From the NCBI GenBank assembly GCA_018304385.1, contig JAGVWJ010000008.1, positions 32,308-96,307 of the forward strand: a stretch of DNA of 64,000 nucleotides, written 5' to 3'. This document shows, piece after piece, positions 28,495 through 38,862 of this stretch. Made by a program: the position numbers and the translations under genes. Position 1 is the stretch's first letter. Each line of letters begins with the position of its first letter. Below the pieces are notes generated by a model, which saw only the letters and a list, made by a program, of their open reading frames with translations, had not been told where the DNA came from and did not search any database. The stretch comes from Candidatus Micrarchaeota archaeon. GTDB lineage: Archaea; Micrarchaeota; Micrarchaeia; Anstonellales; Bilamarchaeaceae.

Positions 28495-29631
28495 TTGCTA
28501 GAAAAATTAATGGAAAAAGGAATAAGACTTACACTTGATGCAGAAGAACAAATAAAAAAAAGCGATGTGCAAGACGAGATTGTTGATGAGTTACTAACAT
28601 TGAACAAACCACTTATATCCAAAGAAGATGTTGAATCTATTTTAAATAAAAAAATAACCTCCCCAATTGTGGATATAAAGTCTGCAACTAATTTTTTACC
28701 ACTTGCAAAAGAATGGGACACAGATATTAAGATTAATCATACGCGAGATGTTACTGGTAAATCACGTGGAAAAGGAGAGCTAGATGATTTTGTAAGCTAC
28801 TTTCGCAATCGTTATGAAAGGCTTGCGCGCTTGTTGCGCACTGGTAGCAAATACCCAAACGCAGACCTTAAAGACATAAAACGATATGTTAACGAGAGGG
28901 TGCGCGTAATTGTAACTATTTCTGAGAAAAGAGAGACACAAAAAGGAAATACTTTATTCGAAATAGAAGATCTAACTGGCGCATTTAAGGCAGTTGTTTC
29001 TGCAAATAAGTTTTCAAAAGAAAAAGAATTGGCATTCGAAAAGGCAAAACAAGTGCTGTTGGACGATGTTGTAGCAGTTTCTGGCAAAGTTCTAGAACCC
29101 TACATAATAGTTGATGATATTGAATGGCCTGATCTGCCAGTTTTGCGTGAGCGCAAGCTAATAGAAAAGGATTTGGCTATTGCATATATTAGCGATATGC
29201 ATTTTGGCTCAAGATATTTTTTAGATCATTATTTAGAGGCATTTTTAGATTGGTTACATGGAAAGGGAGAAGAACGTGAGCTTGCTAGTAAAGTAAAATA
29301 TATTGTAGTTGCTGGCGACATAGTTGATGGTATTGGTGTTTATCCAAATCAGGAAAAGGAACTAGTTGTAAAAGATATTTACCAACAGTATAAAATGTTT
29401 GATGATTTTATGGAAAGAGTGCCTGATTACATAAAAGTAATAATGGCACCAGGAAATCATGATGCTGTACGCCGTGGCGAACCAATGCCTGCTGTGCCTA
29501 AGGATCTAATAAAATCTGATGAAGTTATTAGGATTGGTAATCCAAGCTGCGTTGCTATTGAAGGATTAAAGCATTTGGTTTATCATGGTACATCAATGGA
29601 CTCATTAATCGCTGCATTGCCTGATGGTTGA
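28495..29631 (+). CDS. polB: DNA polymerase D small subunit DP1, N-terminal part (split)
   Basis: OB fold EDLTG, SDMHFGS, AGDIVDG.G.YPNQ, GNHD, HG motifs. Confidence 0.9.
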   Translation: MLEKLMEKGIRLTLDAEEQIKKSDVQDEIVDELLTLNKPLISKEDVESILNKKITSPIVDIKSATNFLPLAKEWDTDIKINHTRDVTGKSRGKGELDDFVSYFRNRYERLARLLRTGSKYPNADLKDIKRYVNERVRVIVTISEKRETQKGNTLFEIEDLTGAFKAVVSANKFSKEKELAFEKAKQVLLDDVVAVSGKVLEPYIIVDDIEWPDLPVLRERKLIEKDLAIAYISDMHFGSRYFLDHYLEAFLDWLHGKGEERELASKVKYIVVAGDIVDGIGVYPNQEKELVVKDIYQQYKMFDDFMERVPDYIKVIMAPGNHDAVRRGEPMPAVPKDLIKSDEVIRIGNPSCVAIEGLKHLVYHGTSMDSLIAALPDG

Positions 29632-29917
29632 ATATTTAAAGCGCAGGCATCTTTCTCCTATTTATGGCGGCAATTTAATAATTCCTGAAAAGGTAGATTA
29701 TTTCGTAATAGAGGATGAACCAGATGTTTTGCATTGCGGTCATGTGCACAAAAACGGATATGCACTTTATCGCGGCACATTAGTAATTAACTCGGGCACA
29801 TTCCAAGATAGAACAGAATATCAGATTAAACAAGGACATGTACCTACTCCTGCAATTGTACCGGTTTATGAGGCAAAATACGGCAGGTTAAAGAGTATTG
29901 ATTTTAAGACGAGCTAA
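29624..29917 (+). CDS. polB: DNA polymerase D small subunit DP1, C-terminal part (split)
   Basis: LKRRHLSPIYGG, PDVLHCGHVH, INSGTFQ..T.YQ. Confidence 0.9.
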   Translation: MVEYLKRRHLSPIYGGNLIIPEKVDYFVIEDEPDVLHCGHVHKNGYALYRGTLVINSGTFQDRTEYQIKQGHVPTPAIVPVYEAKYGRLKSIDFKTS

Positions 29918-29978
29918 ATTAAGCAACGCTAGCGATCTCTTTTTATTAATTTCCGCAGTATTTACTCTTGCGAGTTTT

Positions 29979-32900
29979 ATGCAAACTTCTTCTGATTATT
30001 TTGAAACATTAAAAAACGAGCTGCAAAAAGCATATGCAACTGCCAGTGCTGCACGCAGCAAGGGATTTGATCCTGAACGCGAGGTAGAAGTAAAAATTAC
30101 AAGGGATGTTGCTGCCCGTGTTGAAGGAATTGTCGGGCCACCAGGCATTGCAGATATTATACGCAAAATGGAACAAGGCGGAAAGGCGCGTGAGGATGTT
30201 GCATTTGAGATTGTGCGCATGATTGCAAGTGGCGAAATAATAAAGAAAACAAAAGAAGAACTAATTGAACAAGCAGTGCGCACTGGTCTAGGAATATTAA
30301 CAGAAGGTGTATTAGTTGCTCCTACTGAAGGTATAGCAAAAATACGCATAAAAAATAATCCTGATGGAAGCGATTATGTTGCAGTTTATTATGCTGGTCC
30401 GATAAGAAGCGCGGGTGGAACTGCAGTTGCATTAAGCGTTGTGCTTGCAGATATTGCGCGAAGGGCATTAGGTATTGGCGATTATCGCACAACTGATACA
30501 CAAATAGAACGCTATGTAGAAGAGATCAATATTTATGAAGCGCGCGTTGCACATCTGCAGTATAAACCACCAGAGGATGACGTAAGGTGGGTTGTTAAGA
30601 ACTGTGTAATTTGCGTTGATGGCGACCCTACAGAGGATGTTGAAGTAAGCGCATTTCGCAATGTACCTGGTGTAGAAACCAATCGCATTCGAGGTGGTAT
30701 TCCACTAGTTATATGCGAAGGAATAGCACAAAAGGCAACTAAAGTTCTTAAATATACGAAAAAGCTTAAGCTAGGCTGGGACTGGCTTGAAAAAATAATA
30801 AAGATTTCGAGAAAAGAGGATAAAGTTGAAATAAAGCCAGACGATAATTATCTGGATGGATTGGTCGCTGGCAGGCCAGTATTCAGCTATCCTTCAACAA
30901 AAGGTGGATTTCGCTTACGCTATGGAAAAAGCAAAACAAATAGTTTAATGGCAAAAAATATTCATCCTGCAACTATGTTTGTATTAGAAAATTTTCTTGC
31001 ATTTGGCACGCACATAAAAATTGAAAGGCCAGGAAAAGGTTGTGTGGTTGCACCTTGCGAACAGCTCGAGCCACCAGTAGTAAAACTAAAAGATGGAAGC
31101 GTAATGAAAGTAAGAACAATAGAAGACGCACTTCGCATTAAGGAGAACATAGCAGAGATATTATTTCTTGGAGATATTCTTGTTACATATGGGGATTTCT
31201 ACAAATCAAATCACCCTCTTCTCCCGAGTGCATGGTGTACAGAATGGTTTGAAAAAGAATGCGATGCAAAAAATGTTAAGGTACCGCACAAATTAGATGG
31301 AAAGGAGGCATTTGAATTTTCAAAAACGCATAATGTACCTTTGCATCCTGATTATACGCTTAATTGGCATGATATAACTATCTTGCAGTTAAAACAGCTT
31401 GTTGACTGGTTAATGACCGCTAAACCAATGTTTGAAAACGAAGAGCTGCGAGAAGTAGTAGTTAAAGCAACTGAATCTGTTGCAATATTAGAAGATCTTT
31501 TAGTTGAGTATAAGGCAGTTGGAGATAACATTGCTATTTCTAGTGATTATGGGTATTCGTTATTTGCTAGCTTAGGTATGCTTAATGATAAAGAAATAAC
31601 AAATAAAAAATTCGAATCAGCTTTCTCTCTGGAGAAAAAACCGCTTGATATTGTTAATGAGCTTTCTGGAATTGTAATCAAAACAAAAATGCCAACATAT
31701 ATTGGCGCAAGAATGGGCAGACCGGAAAAAGCAAAAGAACGCAAGATGGACGGGTCACCAAATGTACTGTTTCCAACAGGCTCGCAGAATAATAGAAGCA
31801 TTATGAAGGTTTATCGCACGCTTAAGACAAAAGAAGGAGAAAAAACGACTAATCTTGACTTAGTAAGAATGCGATGCACCAAATGCCAATCGCTTGGGTT
31901 TTACACTACATGCGGTATTTGCAATAGCGAGTGTAAAAAAGAATTGCTCTGCCAAAAATGCAACCGTGCTGTTGTAACAGGAATTCATTGCGACAATAAA
32001 ACATTGCTATATGACCGCAGGCCTATAGATATTGTGAATCTGCTTGAAGAAACAAAGAAAAAATTAGATATTATGCCAGATGATGTCAAGGGTGTAAAGG
32101 GATTATCAAATATAGAACGGATCCCAGAACGTTTGGAAAAAGGGTTTTTGCGTGCGAAGAACGATGTTTATGTTTTCAGAGATGGAACTAGCCGCTTTGA
32201 TGCGTCAAATGTGCCATTAACGCATTTTACTGCAAAAGAAATAGGGGTAAGTATTCAAAGATTGAAACAGCTTGGTTATGATAAAGACTATTTAGGAAAT
32301 CCAATAACCAGTGATGAGCAGATTATTCCCTTAAAAGTACAAGATATAGTAATTGCCAAAAGTGGTGCAGATTATTTCATTCGTGTTGCTAATTTCATTG
32401 ATGACATGCTTGTAAATTTATATGGTACGCAAGCGTTCTATAATATTAAAACAAAGGAAGATCTAGTTGGCCATTTGGCTGCTGGACTATCACCGCATAC
32501 CAGCGCTGCAGTGCTTTGCCGCATAATAGGATTTACAGATGCGTTTGTTGGATACGCACATCCTTTTTTTCATACTGCGAAGAGGAGGAACTGCGATGGT
32601 GACGAGGATTGCATAATGCTTTTGTTAGATGCACTAATAAATTTCTCACGCCATTATTTGGATGAGAAACGCGGTGGCACAATGGATGCACCACTTGTGC
32701 TTACTCCAATACTTGATCCAAAAGAGGTTGATGACGAGGCGCATGCAATAGAATGTGTTAGTTCATATCCGCTAGAATTCTACCAAGCAACTGAGCGCTT
32801 TGCAATGCCAAGTGAAGTGAAATTAAAAATTGTTAAGGATATTCTTGGTACGCCTGAGCAATATGATGGTATATCACTTACACATCCCTCAGGAGACATA

Positions 32901-33338
32901 AATAAAGGAAATCTAAGAACAGCTTATGTCCAATTAGAATCTATTCCTGATAAAATAAATATCCAGTTTAAACTGCAAGAAAGGATACGTGCAGTTGACA
33001 AGAAAAACGCTGCAGAACGCTTGATATTAAGCCATTTTATTCCGGATTTATATGGAAACCTACGATCGTTTTCTCGGCAAACGTTTCGTTGTGTAAATTG
33101 CAATGAAATATATAGACGCACACCACTAGCTGGCAAATGTATACGCTGCGGAGGCAATCTGCTTTTAACAATAAACAAGGGTGGGATACAAAAGTATCTT
33201 GAGATTTCACGCAAGATAGTTGAGGAATATGATCTGCCTATTTATCTAAAACAAAGGCTCGAACTAGTTGAAAAAGAGATAAAAAGCATATTTGAAGATG
33301 AAAAAATAAAACAGTTGGGACTGGCGGATTTTATATAG
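29979..33338 (+). CDS. polC: DNA polymerase D large subunit DP2 (no intein)
   Basis: GILTEGV..AP.EGI, YAGPIRSAGGT, RRNCDGDED, C-terminal Zn finger. Confidence 0.97.
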   Translation: MQTSSDYFETLKNELQKAYATASAARSKGFDPEREVEVKITRDVAARVEGIVGPPGIADIIRKMEQGGKAREDVAFEIVRMIASGEIIKKTKEELIEQAVRTGLGILTEGVLVAPTEGIAKIRIKNNPDGSDYVAVYYAGPIRSAGGTAVALSVVLADIARRALGIGDYRTTDTQIERYVEEINIYEARVAHLQYKPPEDDVRWVVKNCVICVDGDPTEDVEVSAFRNVPGVETNRIRGGIPLVICEGIAQKATKVLKYTKKLKLGWDWLEKIIKISRKEDKVEIKPDDNYLDGLVAGRPVFSYPSTKGGFRLRYGKSKTNSLMAKNIHPATMFVLENFLAFGTHIKIERPGKGCVVAPCEQLEPPVVKLKDGSVMKVRTIEDALRIKENIAEILFLGDILVTYGDFYKSNHPLLPSAWCTEWFEKECDAKNVKVPHKLDGKEAFEFSKTHNVPLHPDYTLNWHDITILQLKQLVDWLMTAKPMFENEELREVVVKATESVAILEDLLVEYKAVGDNIAISSDYGYSLFASLGMLNDKEITNKKFESAFSLEKKPLDIVNELSGIVIKTKMPTYIGARMGRPEKAKERKMDGSPNVLFPTGSQNNRSIMKVYRTLKTKEGEKTTNLDLVRMRCTKCQSLGFYTTCGICNSECKKELLCQKCNRAVVTGIHCDNKTLLYDRRPIDIVNLLEETKKKLDIMPDDVKGVKGLSNIERIPERLEKGFLRAKNDVYVFRDGTSRFDASNVPLTHFTAKEIGVSIQRLKQLGYDKDYLGNPITSDEQIIPLKVQDIVIAKSGADYFIRVANFIDDMLVNLYGTQAFYNIKTKEDLVGHLAAGLSPHTSAAVLCRIIGFTDAFVGYAHPFFHTAKRRNCDGDEDCIMLLLDALINFSRHYLDEKRGGTMDAPLVLTPILDPKEVDDEAHAIECVSSYPLEFYQATERFAMPSEVKLKIVKDILGTPEQYDGISLTHPSGDINKGNLRTAYVQLESIPDKINIQFKLQERIRAVDKKNAAERLILSHFIPDLYGNLRSFSRQTFRCVNCNEIYRRTPLAGKCIRCGGNLLLTINKGGIQKYLEISRKIVEEYDLPIYLKQRLELVEKEIKSIFEDEKIKQLGLADFI

Positions 33339-33389
33339 TGGTAGAAAGAGTTTGAAGATTTATAAATACTTCGGTCTAAAGTACTTGTT

Positions 33390-34517
33390 ATGAGGTTAAA
33401 TTATAACTTAGCGCCAGGCTCTAATTTTAGATTTAGTAGAAGAACTGCCATGGCATTTGCAGTATTTTTACCATTCACGTGCGCACCTACTCGCGGAGAA
33501 GTCAGGCATGTTGCTGGAACAAATACTGTTATAATGCATGAAGATACTTATAAGGATTTAGAAGCTCAAGCAGCAAAACAAGCAGCACCTGAAGATACCG
33601 AAAGAGAAGAAATGCTTAGAAGAATTAGTGAGTTAATAGGAGATAACACAACCTTGAGAGAAATAAATGAAATATTAAAAACAAGAAACTCAACTGTTGA
33701 AGGAGAGATAACATCATTGATAAAAGCTTTAAGATCACGTGACCCGAGAGGTAGAACCCCATCTTACGATTTATCTAATGACCCTGCCTTTAAAGTAGGT
33801 AGATTATATTTGCATTCCTTAGGGGTAGAAAATCCTACTTACGTAGATTATAGTATTTTAATTGAAATGTTAAGTTTTCAAGCAATGATAAAACAGGTTA
33901 CAGATAGTACTGTGATAGACCCTACGACACTAAAAGATCAAATAAAAAGAAACTATATCTCAGTAAATGGCGGAGGAGGAATTTTACTTAGCACAGATGG
34001 ATATTTTATCACTGCTTATCATGTTGTTGCTAACTCAGAAAACTTTTATGTACAATATAATGGTAGAACGTATAATGCACAACGTATTGTTTGGAATCCC
34101 AATTATGAAGTTGCTATATGTAAAATTGACTTTGGACCAAATGTTGAATTTAGTCCTACAAATGTCAGATTCGCTCGACTAGGAAAAATAAGAAAAGGTG
34201 CAAACATTGAGGTATTTGGTCATGTAGGAGATAATCAATATTTTCAGATGGGGAGAATTGTCAATAATAATGTTGAGTCACTTCTTGATGGAGGGCTGCA
34301 CGTATATTCTATGGTTGAAACTACAGCACTTTCAACAGGTGGCTTTAGCGGTGGGCCGGTTATCCTTCAAGATACCGGAGAATTAGTAGGTATCACATCA
34401 TATAGCAAAGGAATGCCTGGGGAGTTAGGTGCTGCAAGAATAGATCAATTCTTAGAAGTAATGAGATGGTTTGTAGATAAAAAACTAGAACAGTTGAGGA
34501 TAATACATCGCTCTTAA
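33390..34517 (+). CDS. Secreted trypsin-like serine protease with MRLNY leader and coiled-coil
   Basis: TAYHVV (His), GFSGGP (Ser); YEVA at the usual Asp position. Confidence 0.8.
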   Translation: MRLNYNLAPGSNFRFSRRTAMAFAVFLPFTCAPTRGEVRHVAGTNTVIMHEDTYKDLEAQAAKQAAPEDTEREEMLRRISELIGDNTTLREINEILKTRNSTVEGEITSLIKALRSRDPRGRTPSYDLSNDPAFKVGRLYLHSLGVENPTYVDYSILIEMLSFQAMIKQVTDSTVIDPTTLKDQIKRNYISVNGGGGILLSTDGYFITAYHVVANSENFYVQYNGRTYNAQRIVWNPNYEVAICKIDFGPNVEFSPTNVRFARLGKIRKGANIEVFGHVGDNQYFQMGRIVNNNVESLLDGGLHVYSMVETTALSTGGFSGGPVILQDTGELVGITSYSKGMPGELGAARIDQFLEVMRWFVDKKLEQLRIIHRS

Positions 34518-34909
34518 CTAAATAATTCCTTAGTAGGCTGGTGGAACCATAGGATATAGATAGGAACTAATCCAATAAGCCCAGGAATATTTCCTACGAC
34601 AACGCTTAAAACGCTCATCGCACTGCTAACTAGCACTAGAAAATAAGCAAACTTATTCCTTTTCCATAGATAGAATGTGATAGCAAAGCCGATTATTGCT
34701 GTGATAACAAGAACTATTCCTATGTATGCTAATAAACCCCCAGCAAAATCAAGTAAAGCACCATATAATCCATAACCTTTAAGCGTTTCTAGAACTGATA
34801 CACCACCAATTATAAACAAAACACCTAACCCAAGCAATAAAAGATCAAAAAGAAAATAAAAAGCAACAAGAATTTTTAATAAAGTTGTTGCAGGCTTTGA
34901 TCCATCCAT
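34514..34909 (-). CDS. Small multi-pass membrane protein
   Basis: About four hydrophobic spans. Confidence 0.7.
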   Translation of the reverse strand: MDGSKPATTLLKILVAFYFLFDLLLLGLGVLFIIGGVSVLETLKGYGLYGALLDFAGGLLAYIGIVLVITAIIGFAITFYLWKRNKFAYFLVLVSSAMSVLSVVVGNIPGLIGLVPIYILWFHQPTKELFS

Positions 34910-34917
34910 GATATCGC

Positions 34918-35010
34918 CTTCTAATTTCTCATTCTCATGAATACGTCGTACTACCGATATTCTCTATAGTGACGCAGTCTTATGTTCTCTTAGGCTGCGT
35001 CGGTCGTTTA
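34918..35010. repeat. Dispersed ~100-bp hairpin element, copy 2
   Basis: acgtcgtactac..ctatagtgacgcagtct..gctgcgtcgg. Confidence 0.8.
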
Positions 35011-35037
35011 ATGTATTCCTTAGGTTATGAAATATCC

Positions 35038-35550
35038 CTACAAGAACGGATGCTCTGCCATACCGCCTATTACTGGCAGTTTAACCTTCTCGCCACTATA
35101 TGCTTTGAATGCTAGGAAAAGATCTATTAACATAATAACAAATCCTACCATGCCAAACAGACCAATTAATCCTAGGGACGCACCTAATCCACCACCCGCA
35201 TAATACCCAATTGGATCATAGTAAGCGGTTCTTAAAGATGCTACGAATAAGAAATAAAATACAAATCCTATTCCAACAACAACTAATGTCCATAAGAATG
35301 CTTGAAATGAACAAAAGGCAAGGAATGGGTCATTTTTCTTTCCTTTATTATGAAAATAAATAGCCAATGGAATTATTAATCCTAAAAGACCCCAATAACC
35401 GCCATCACCAAAACCATAACCGCCAATACCACCTGCCAAATAAGCAATGCCAGCTAGTGCCTTTGGATCATCTAAAAAAGTTGGAGCAGGTTGTGCTGCT
35501 GGAGCTGCTGGAGCTGCTGGTTGTGCTGTTGCAACTGGAGTATCTACCAT
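35038..35550 (-). CDS. DUF4870-like membrane protein
   Basis: F..FQAFL and FKAYSGEKVKLPVIG motifs. Confidence 0.75.
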   Translation of the reverse strand: MVDTPVATAQPAAPAAPAAQPAPTFLDDPKALAGIAYLAGGIGGYGFGDGGYWGLLGLIIPLAIYFHNKGKKNDPFLAFCSFQAFLWTLVVVGIGFVFYFLFVASLRTAYYDPIGYYAGGGLGASLGLIGLFGMVGFVIMLIDLFLAFKAYSGEKVKLPVIGGMAEHPFL

Positions 35551-35615
35551 ATTATCACCTTGTTTTTGTTACTAAGAATAAATTTATAAACACTTGCTTG
35601 TAGATTCAGGCAATT

Positions 35616-37082
35616 ATGCAAATGTATAACTCATTTTCCAGACAGATAGAGGAGCTCAATGCTCAAGGCTCAATGCTCAAGGCAATAACCATATATGTCT
35701 GTGGCCTTACTCCTTATGATAGCGCACATATTGGCCATACGCGAACATATGTTGCATTTGATATTATAAAACGCTACTTGACTGCAAATGGTAGCTCTGT
35801 TTTTCATATACAAAACATTACTGATGTTGATGACAAAATAATAAAACGATGCAAAGAAACTGGAGAATTGCCTAAGAAGCTCGTAGAACGAAATCATAAC
35901 GAAGCGCTTGAATATTTTGATAAACTAAATATTATTCGTGCTAATGTTTATCCAAAGGTTACTGAGCATATAAAAGAAATAATTGAACTAATAGAAAAAC
36001 TTATTGAGAATGGCTATGCATATGAAACAGAAACTGGCGTTTATTATGATGTAAGCAAGTTTAAGAATTATGGAAGGCTTAGTAATCAAAAAATGGATGA
36101 GATAAAGGCTGGTTCTAGAAAAGAGGTTGATGAAACAAAACAGGCTGCTGAGGATTTCGCTTTATGGAAAAAAACTAATAATGAGATAATAGAATTTGAT
36201 TCACCTTGGGGTAAAGGCAGACCTGGCTGGCACATAGAATGCAGCGCAATGGCAAATAAGTACGCAAAAAAATTAGATATACATGGCGGAGCGCGCGATT
36301 TAATATTTCCGCATCATGAAAATGAGATTGCACAAAGCGAAGCTGCAACTAGTAGCAAATTTTGCAATTATTGGTTACATACTGGTTTTCTAACAGTTAA
36401 TGGAGAAAAAATGAGTAAGAGCCTTGGCAATTTCATAACTGTTAAGGAAGTTGTTAATAAATTCAGTGCAAATGCTGTTCGTTTGTTCTTTTCACAAACC
36501 CATTACCGCAGTCCAATAGATTATAATGAAGAGCAATTAAATGCTGCAGAAGAATCAGTAGAACGGATATTCAATACTCTTGGTTTGATGAAAGAAGCTA
36601 ATAAGAAAGGAAAACCAAATAAAGAATTCAAAAGCGCTGCGAAAGAGAAAATTGATGAGTTTTACAAGCATATGGAAAATGATTTTAATACGCCAGATGC
36701 GCTTGCTAGCCTTTTTGATTTATTGAGATTAATTAACGCGCATATCTCAGGCAAAGAAGCAGATGGAAAACACGTTAATGTACTAATAAAAGAATTAGAA
36801 AAAATACTTTTGATATTTGGATTGGAAGAGAAGAAAGAAGAGATTGAGAAAAAATTCAAAGAAATAACGGAACTGCAAGGATGGGTTAGTGATAACTTAG
36901 GTATTGATTGGGAAAAATTAGCTGATACTGCAGAAGGAAGATTAGAACAGCTAATATCATTTCGTGATTCATTACGCGCAAATAAAAAATTCAAAGAAGC
37001 TGATATTATCCGTGCAAAGCTAGCAGAAATTGGCATTGAATTAGAAGATAAAGAAAAAGGAAAGAGATGGAAGTTAGCTTAG
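35616..37082 (+). CDS. cysS: Cysteinyl-tRNA synthetase
   Basis: CG.T.YD..HIGH, DFALWK, GRPGWHIEC, FPHHENE, KMSKS. Confidence 0.97.
   Translation: MQMYNSFSRQIEELNAQGSMLKAITIYVCGLTPYDSAHIGHTRTYVAFDIIKRYLTANGSSVFHIQNITDVDDKIIKRCKETGELPKKLVERNHNEALEYFDKLNIIRANVYPKVTEHIKEIIELIEKLIENGYAYETETGVYYDVSKFKNYGRLSNQKMDEIKAGSRKEVDETKQAAEDFALWKKTNNEIIEFDSPWGKGRPGWHIECSAMANKYAKKLDIHGGARDLIFPHHENEIAQSEAATSSKFCNYWLHTGFLTVNGEKMSKSLGNFITVKEVVNKFSANAVRLFFSQTHYRSPIDYNEEQLNAAEESVERIFNTLGLMKEANKKGKPNKEFKSAAKEKIDEFYKHMENDFNTPDALASLFDLLRLINAHISGKEADGKHVNVLIKELEKILLIFGLEEKKEEIEKKFKEITELQGWVSDNLGIDWEKLADTAEGRLEQLISFRDSLRANKKFKEADIIRAKLAEIGIELEDKEKGKRWKLA
35654..35681. repeat. (GCTCAATGCTCAAG)x2 heptamer tandem inside the cysS 5' coding region
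   Basis: Read directly from sequence. Confidence 0.85.
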
Positions 37083-37114
37083 TTTTGGGTTTATGAGTTT
37101 TGAGTAGCGGACTA

Positions 37115-37549
37115 TCATAGATCGGCATTAGGCAATTTTCCATGAAATATCTTTTGTTCTTTATTAAAATGTTTTTTACAAAGATAGCTCCAACCTTTAT
37201 CTTTATATTTTCCTCCTAAAAGAGCCGGATAAACTTCTCTATATGCTTTATTCATACATGTACCATCATAATCGCATAATGGTTGAAAGATCCATTTTAC
37301 TTTGTCTCTATTAAGGAATTTTATTTTATTAGATTCACGCAGATAACCTAAAATTTCAGAAAACTCATCGTAATAAAATTTGCTTGAAAAATGTTTCCAC
37401 GCTTTTCTTCTGGTAGTGTTTCCCTGCTTTCTTAAAAAATCTTCAATGTCATAAAGCAAAAACACAAAATCTATTGCTTTGTCAACATTTTGTTGACAAA
37501 TATTGTCAGCGTTTTTTTGCAACGCTGACAATGCTTTAAATTTTTTCAT
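37115..37549 (-). CDS. Hypothetical protein with possible C-terminal Cys/His metal site
   Basis: CDYDGTC ... CKKH. Confidence 0.55.
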   Translation of the reverse strand: MKKFKALSALQKNADNICQQNVDKAIDFVFLLYDIEDFLRKQGNTTRRKAWKHFSSKFYYDEFSEILGYLRESNKIKFLNRDKVKWIFQPLCDYDGTCMNKAYREVYPALLGGKYKDKGWSYLCKKHFNKEQKIFHGKLPNADL

Positions 37550-37559
37550 TGTCCTTTCC

Positions 37560-37790
37560 TCACACTTCTTCCAGAAGTCCTATAAATTCATCTCTGCTCA
37601 ATTCCATGTCCCTTATAATCTTTCTTAAAAGTCCTCTGCCAATATCTCTTCCAGGATGAACAGGAACTGTTATTAGAATGCCTTTTTCATTCTTGAATTG
37701 AACATGGCTACCACTTTGCCTTATTTGTGTGTAACCTTTAAGAACAAGAATTTTGATTAGGGTTTTCGCATCCACTAAGGGAAGCTTCAT
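37560..37790 (-). CDS. hicA: HicA-family toxin
   Basis: RQSGSHVQF, TVPVH, GLLRKII. Confidence 0.92.
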   Translation of the reverse strand: MKLPLVDAKTLIKILVLKGYTQIRQSGSHVQFKNEKGILITVPVHPGRDIGRGLLRKIIRDMELSRDEFIGLLEEV

Positions 37791-38002
37791 GCAGAAACCT
37801 CAACTCTCTGTACACCTACAAATTCATGTGGATGAACATCTTTTTGACCTTCTAAACAAAGGGCAATTACTTCTTTTATATTTTCAAGTACCTCCTGCAG
37901 TGTTTCGCCCTGTGTGTAGCAACCTTTTAAATCAGGAACTTCTGCTACATACATTCCATCCTCATCTTTTTCGATAATTACAGTAAAACTGTATTTTCCC
38001 AT
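37787..38002 (-). CDS. hicB: HicB-family antitoxin
   Basis: YVAEVPDLKGCYTQGETL.E..N; GGTGA SD precedes ATG 38002. Confidence 0.92.
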   Translation of the reverse strand: MGKYSFTVIIEKDEDGMYVAEVPDLKGCYTQGETLQEVLENIKEVIALCLEGQKDVHPHEFVGVQRVEVSA

Positions 38003-38090
38003 ATGTTTCACCATAAAATTATTGTAATTATGATTTTTTATTTATATCGATTTGAAAAATGAAGGAAAAAAAGAGAAACCTATTCCGGGC

Positions 38091-38849
38091 TTATTGGCTT
38101 GCTGGCGCTGCAGCTGCAGCTTTAACCTGCTCAACTAAAGCTTGACCTATGCGTTTTATAAGACGTGTGTAGGAGTCTTTATCAACTGGATTGTAATTAT
38201 AATCACTGCTAAAATATCCCATACAACCGTCTCTTGAGAACATACCTGGCGCTTGCTCCTCTTCCAAACATCTATCAGCATTATCTCCAAGCCCTTCATT
38301 AGTTACAATCGTCTTTGTGCTAGTTGGTTTTGCACCAGGACCTGGTCCTCTCACATTCATAATAGCAAAATTACTACCGCCCGAGCTAATACCAGAATTT
38401 CTCAAATTTATGATTCTAAGAGCGGTTTCATTATCTAAAACACCTTTACCTAAAGGATCTGGGTTAGCAGTCAAAATCACTAATGAATCAGATTTATCGA
38501 TCTTGCCTTCACTAGATGCATGATCAAAAAATAAAACATAGTATTTCGTACCACCTATATCAACTGCTTTAATATGGACTTTGTGATAATCCTTGCCATC
38601 TTCTATCTCTTCACCACTATGTGTTCTACGAGTGTAAGTAGTAGTAATATCCATAGAATGATCTGCATGAGTCATTACTAAATCAGCAACAGTCCAAATA
38701 TTACAATCAATACTAAAATCGCACTCTTGTGCGCGTGCTTTGGTAGGAAGTACCAAGGCTGCAAGCAATGGCAAAACAGCAGCAAATGCTGTTGGCCTTG
38801 TTCTATCCCTACTATTTTGTCCGATTTGTCTACTATAGTTAAGTTTCAT
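38091..38849 (-). CDS. Secreted hypothetical protein with MKLNY leader
   Basis: Start at 38849 with GGCGAT SD; hydrophobic signal ending ARAQ. Confidence 0.7.
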   Translation of the reverse strand: MKLNYSRQIGQNSRDRTRPTAFAAVLPLLAALVLPTKARAQECDFSIDCNIWTVADLVMTHADHSMDITTTYTRRTHSGEEIEDGKDYHKVHIKAVDIGGTKYYVLFFDHASSEGKIDKSDSLVILTANPDPLGKGVLDNETALRIINLRNSGISSGGSNFAIMNVRGPGPGAKPTSTKTIVTNEGLGDNADRCLEEEQAPGMFSRDGCMGYFSSDYNYNPVDKDSYTRLIKRIGQALVEQVKAAAAAPASQ

Positions 38850-38862
38850 AAGATCGCCAAAT

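Noticed and set aside
32570-32610. Intein at the usual DP2 RRN/CDGDED site
   Set aside because: Sequence is continuous; no insertion
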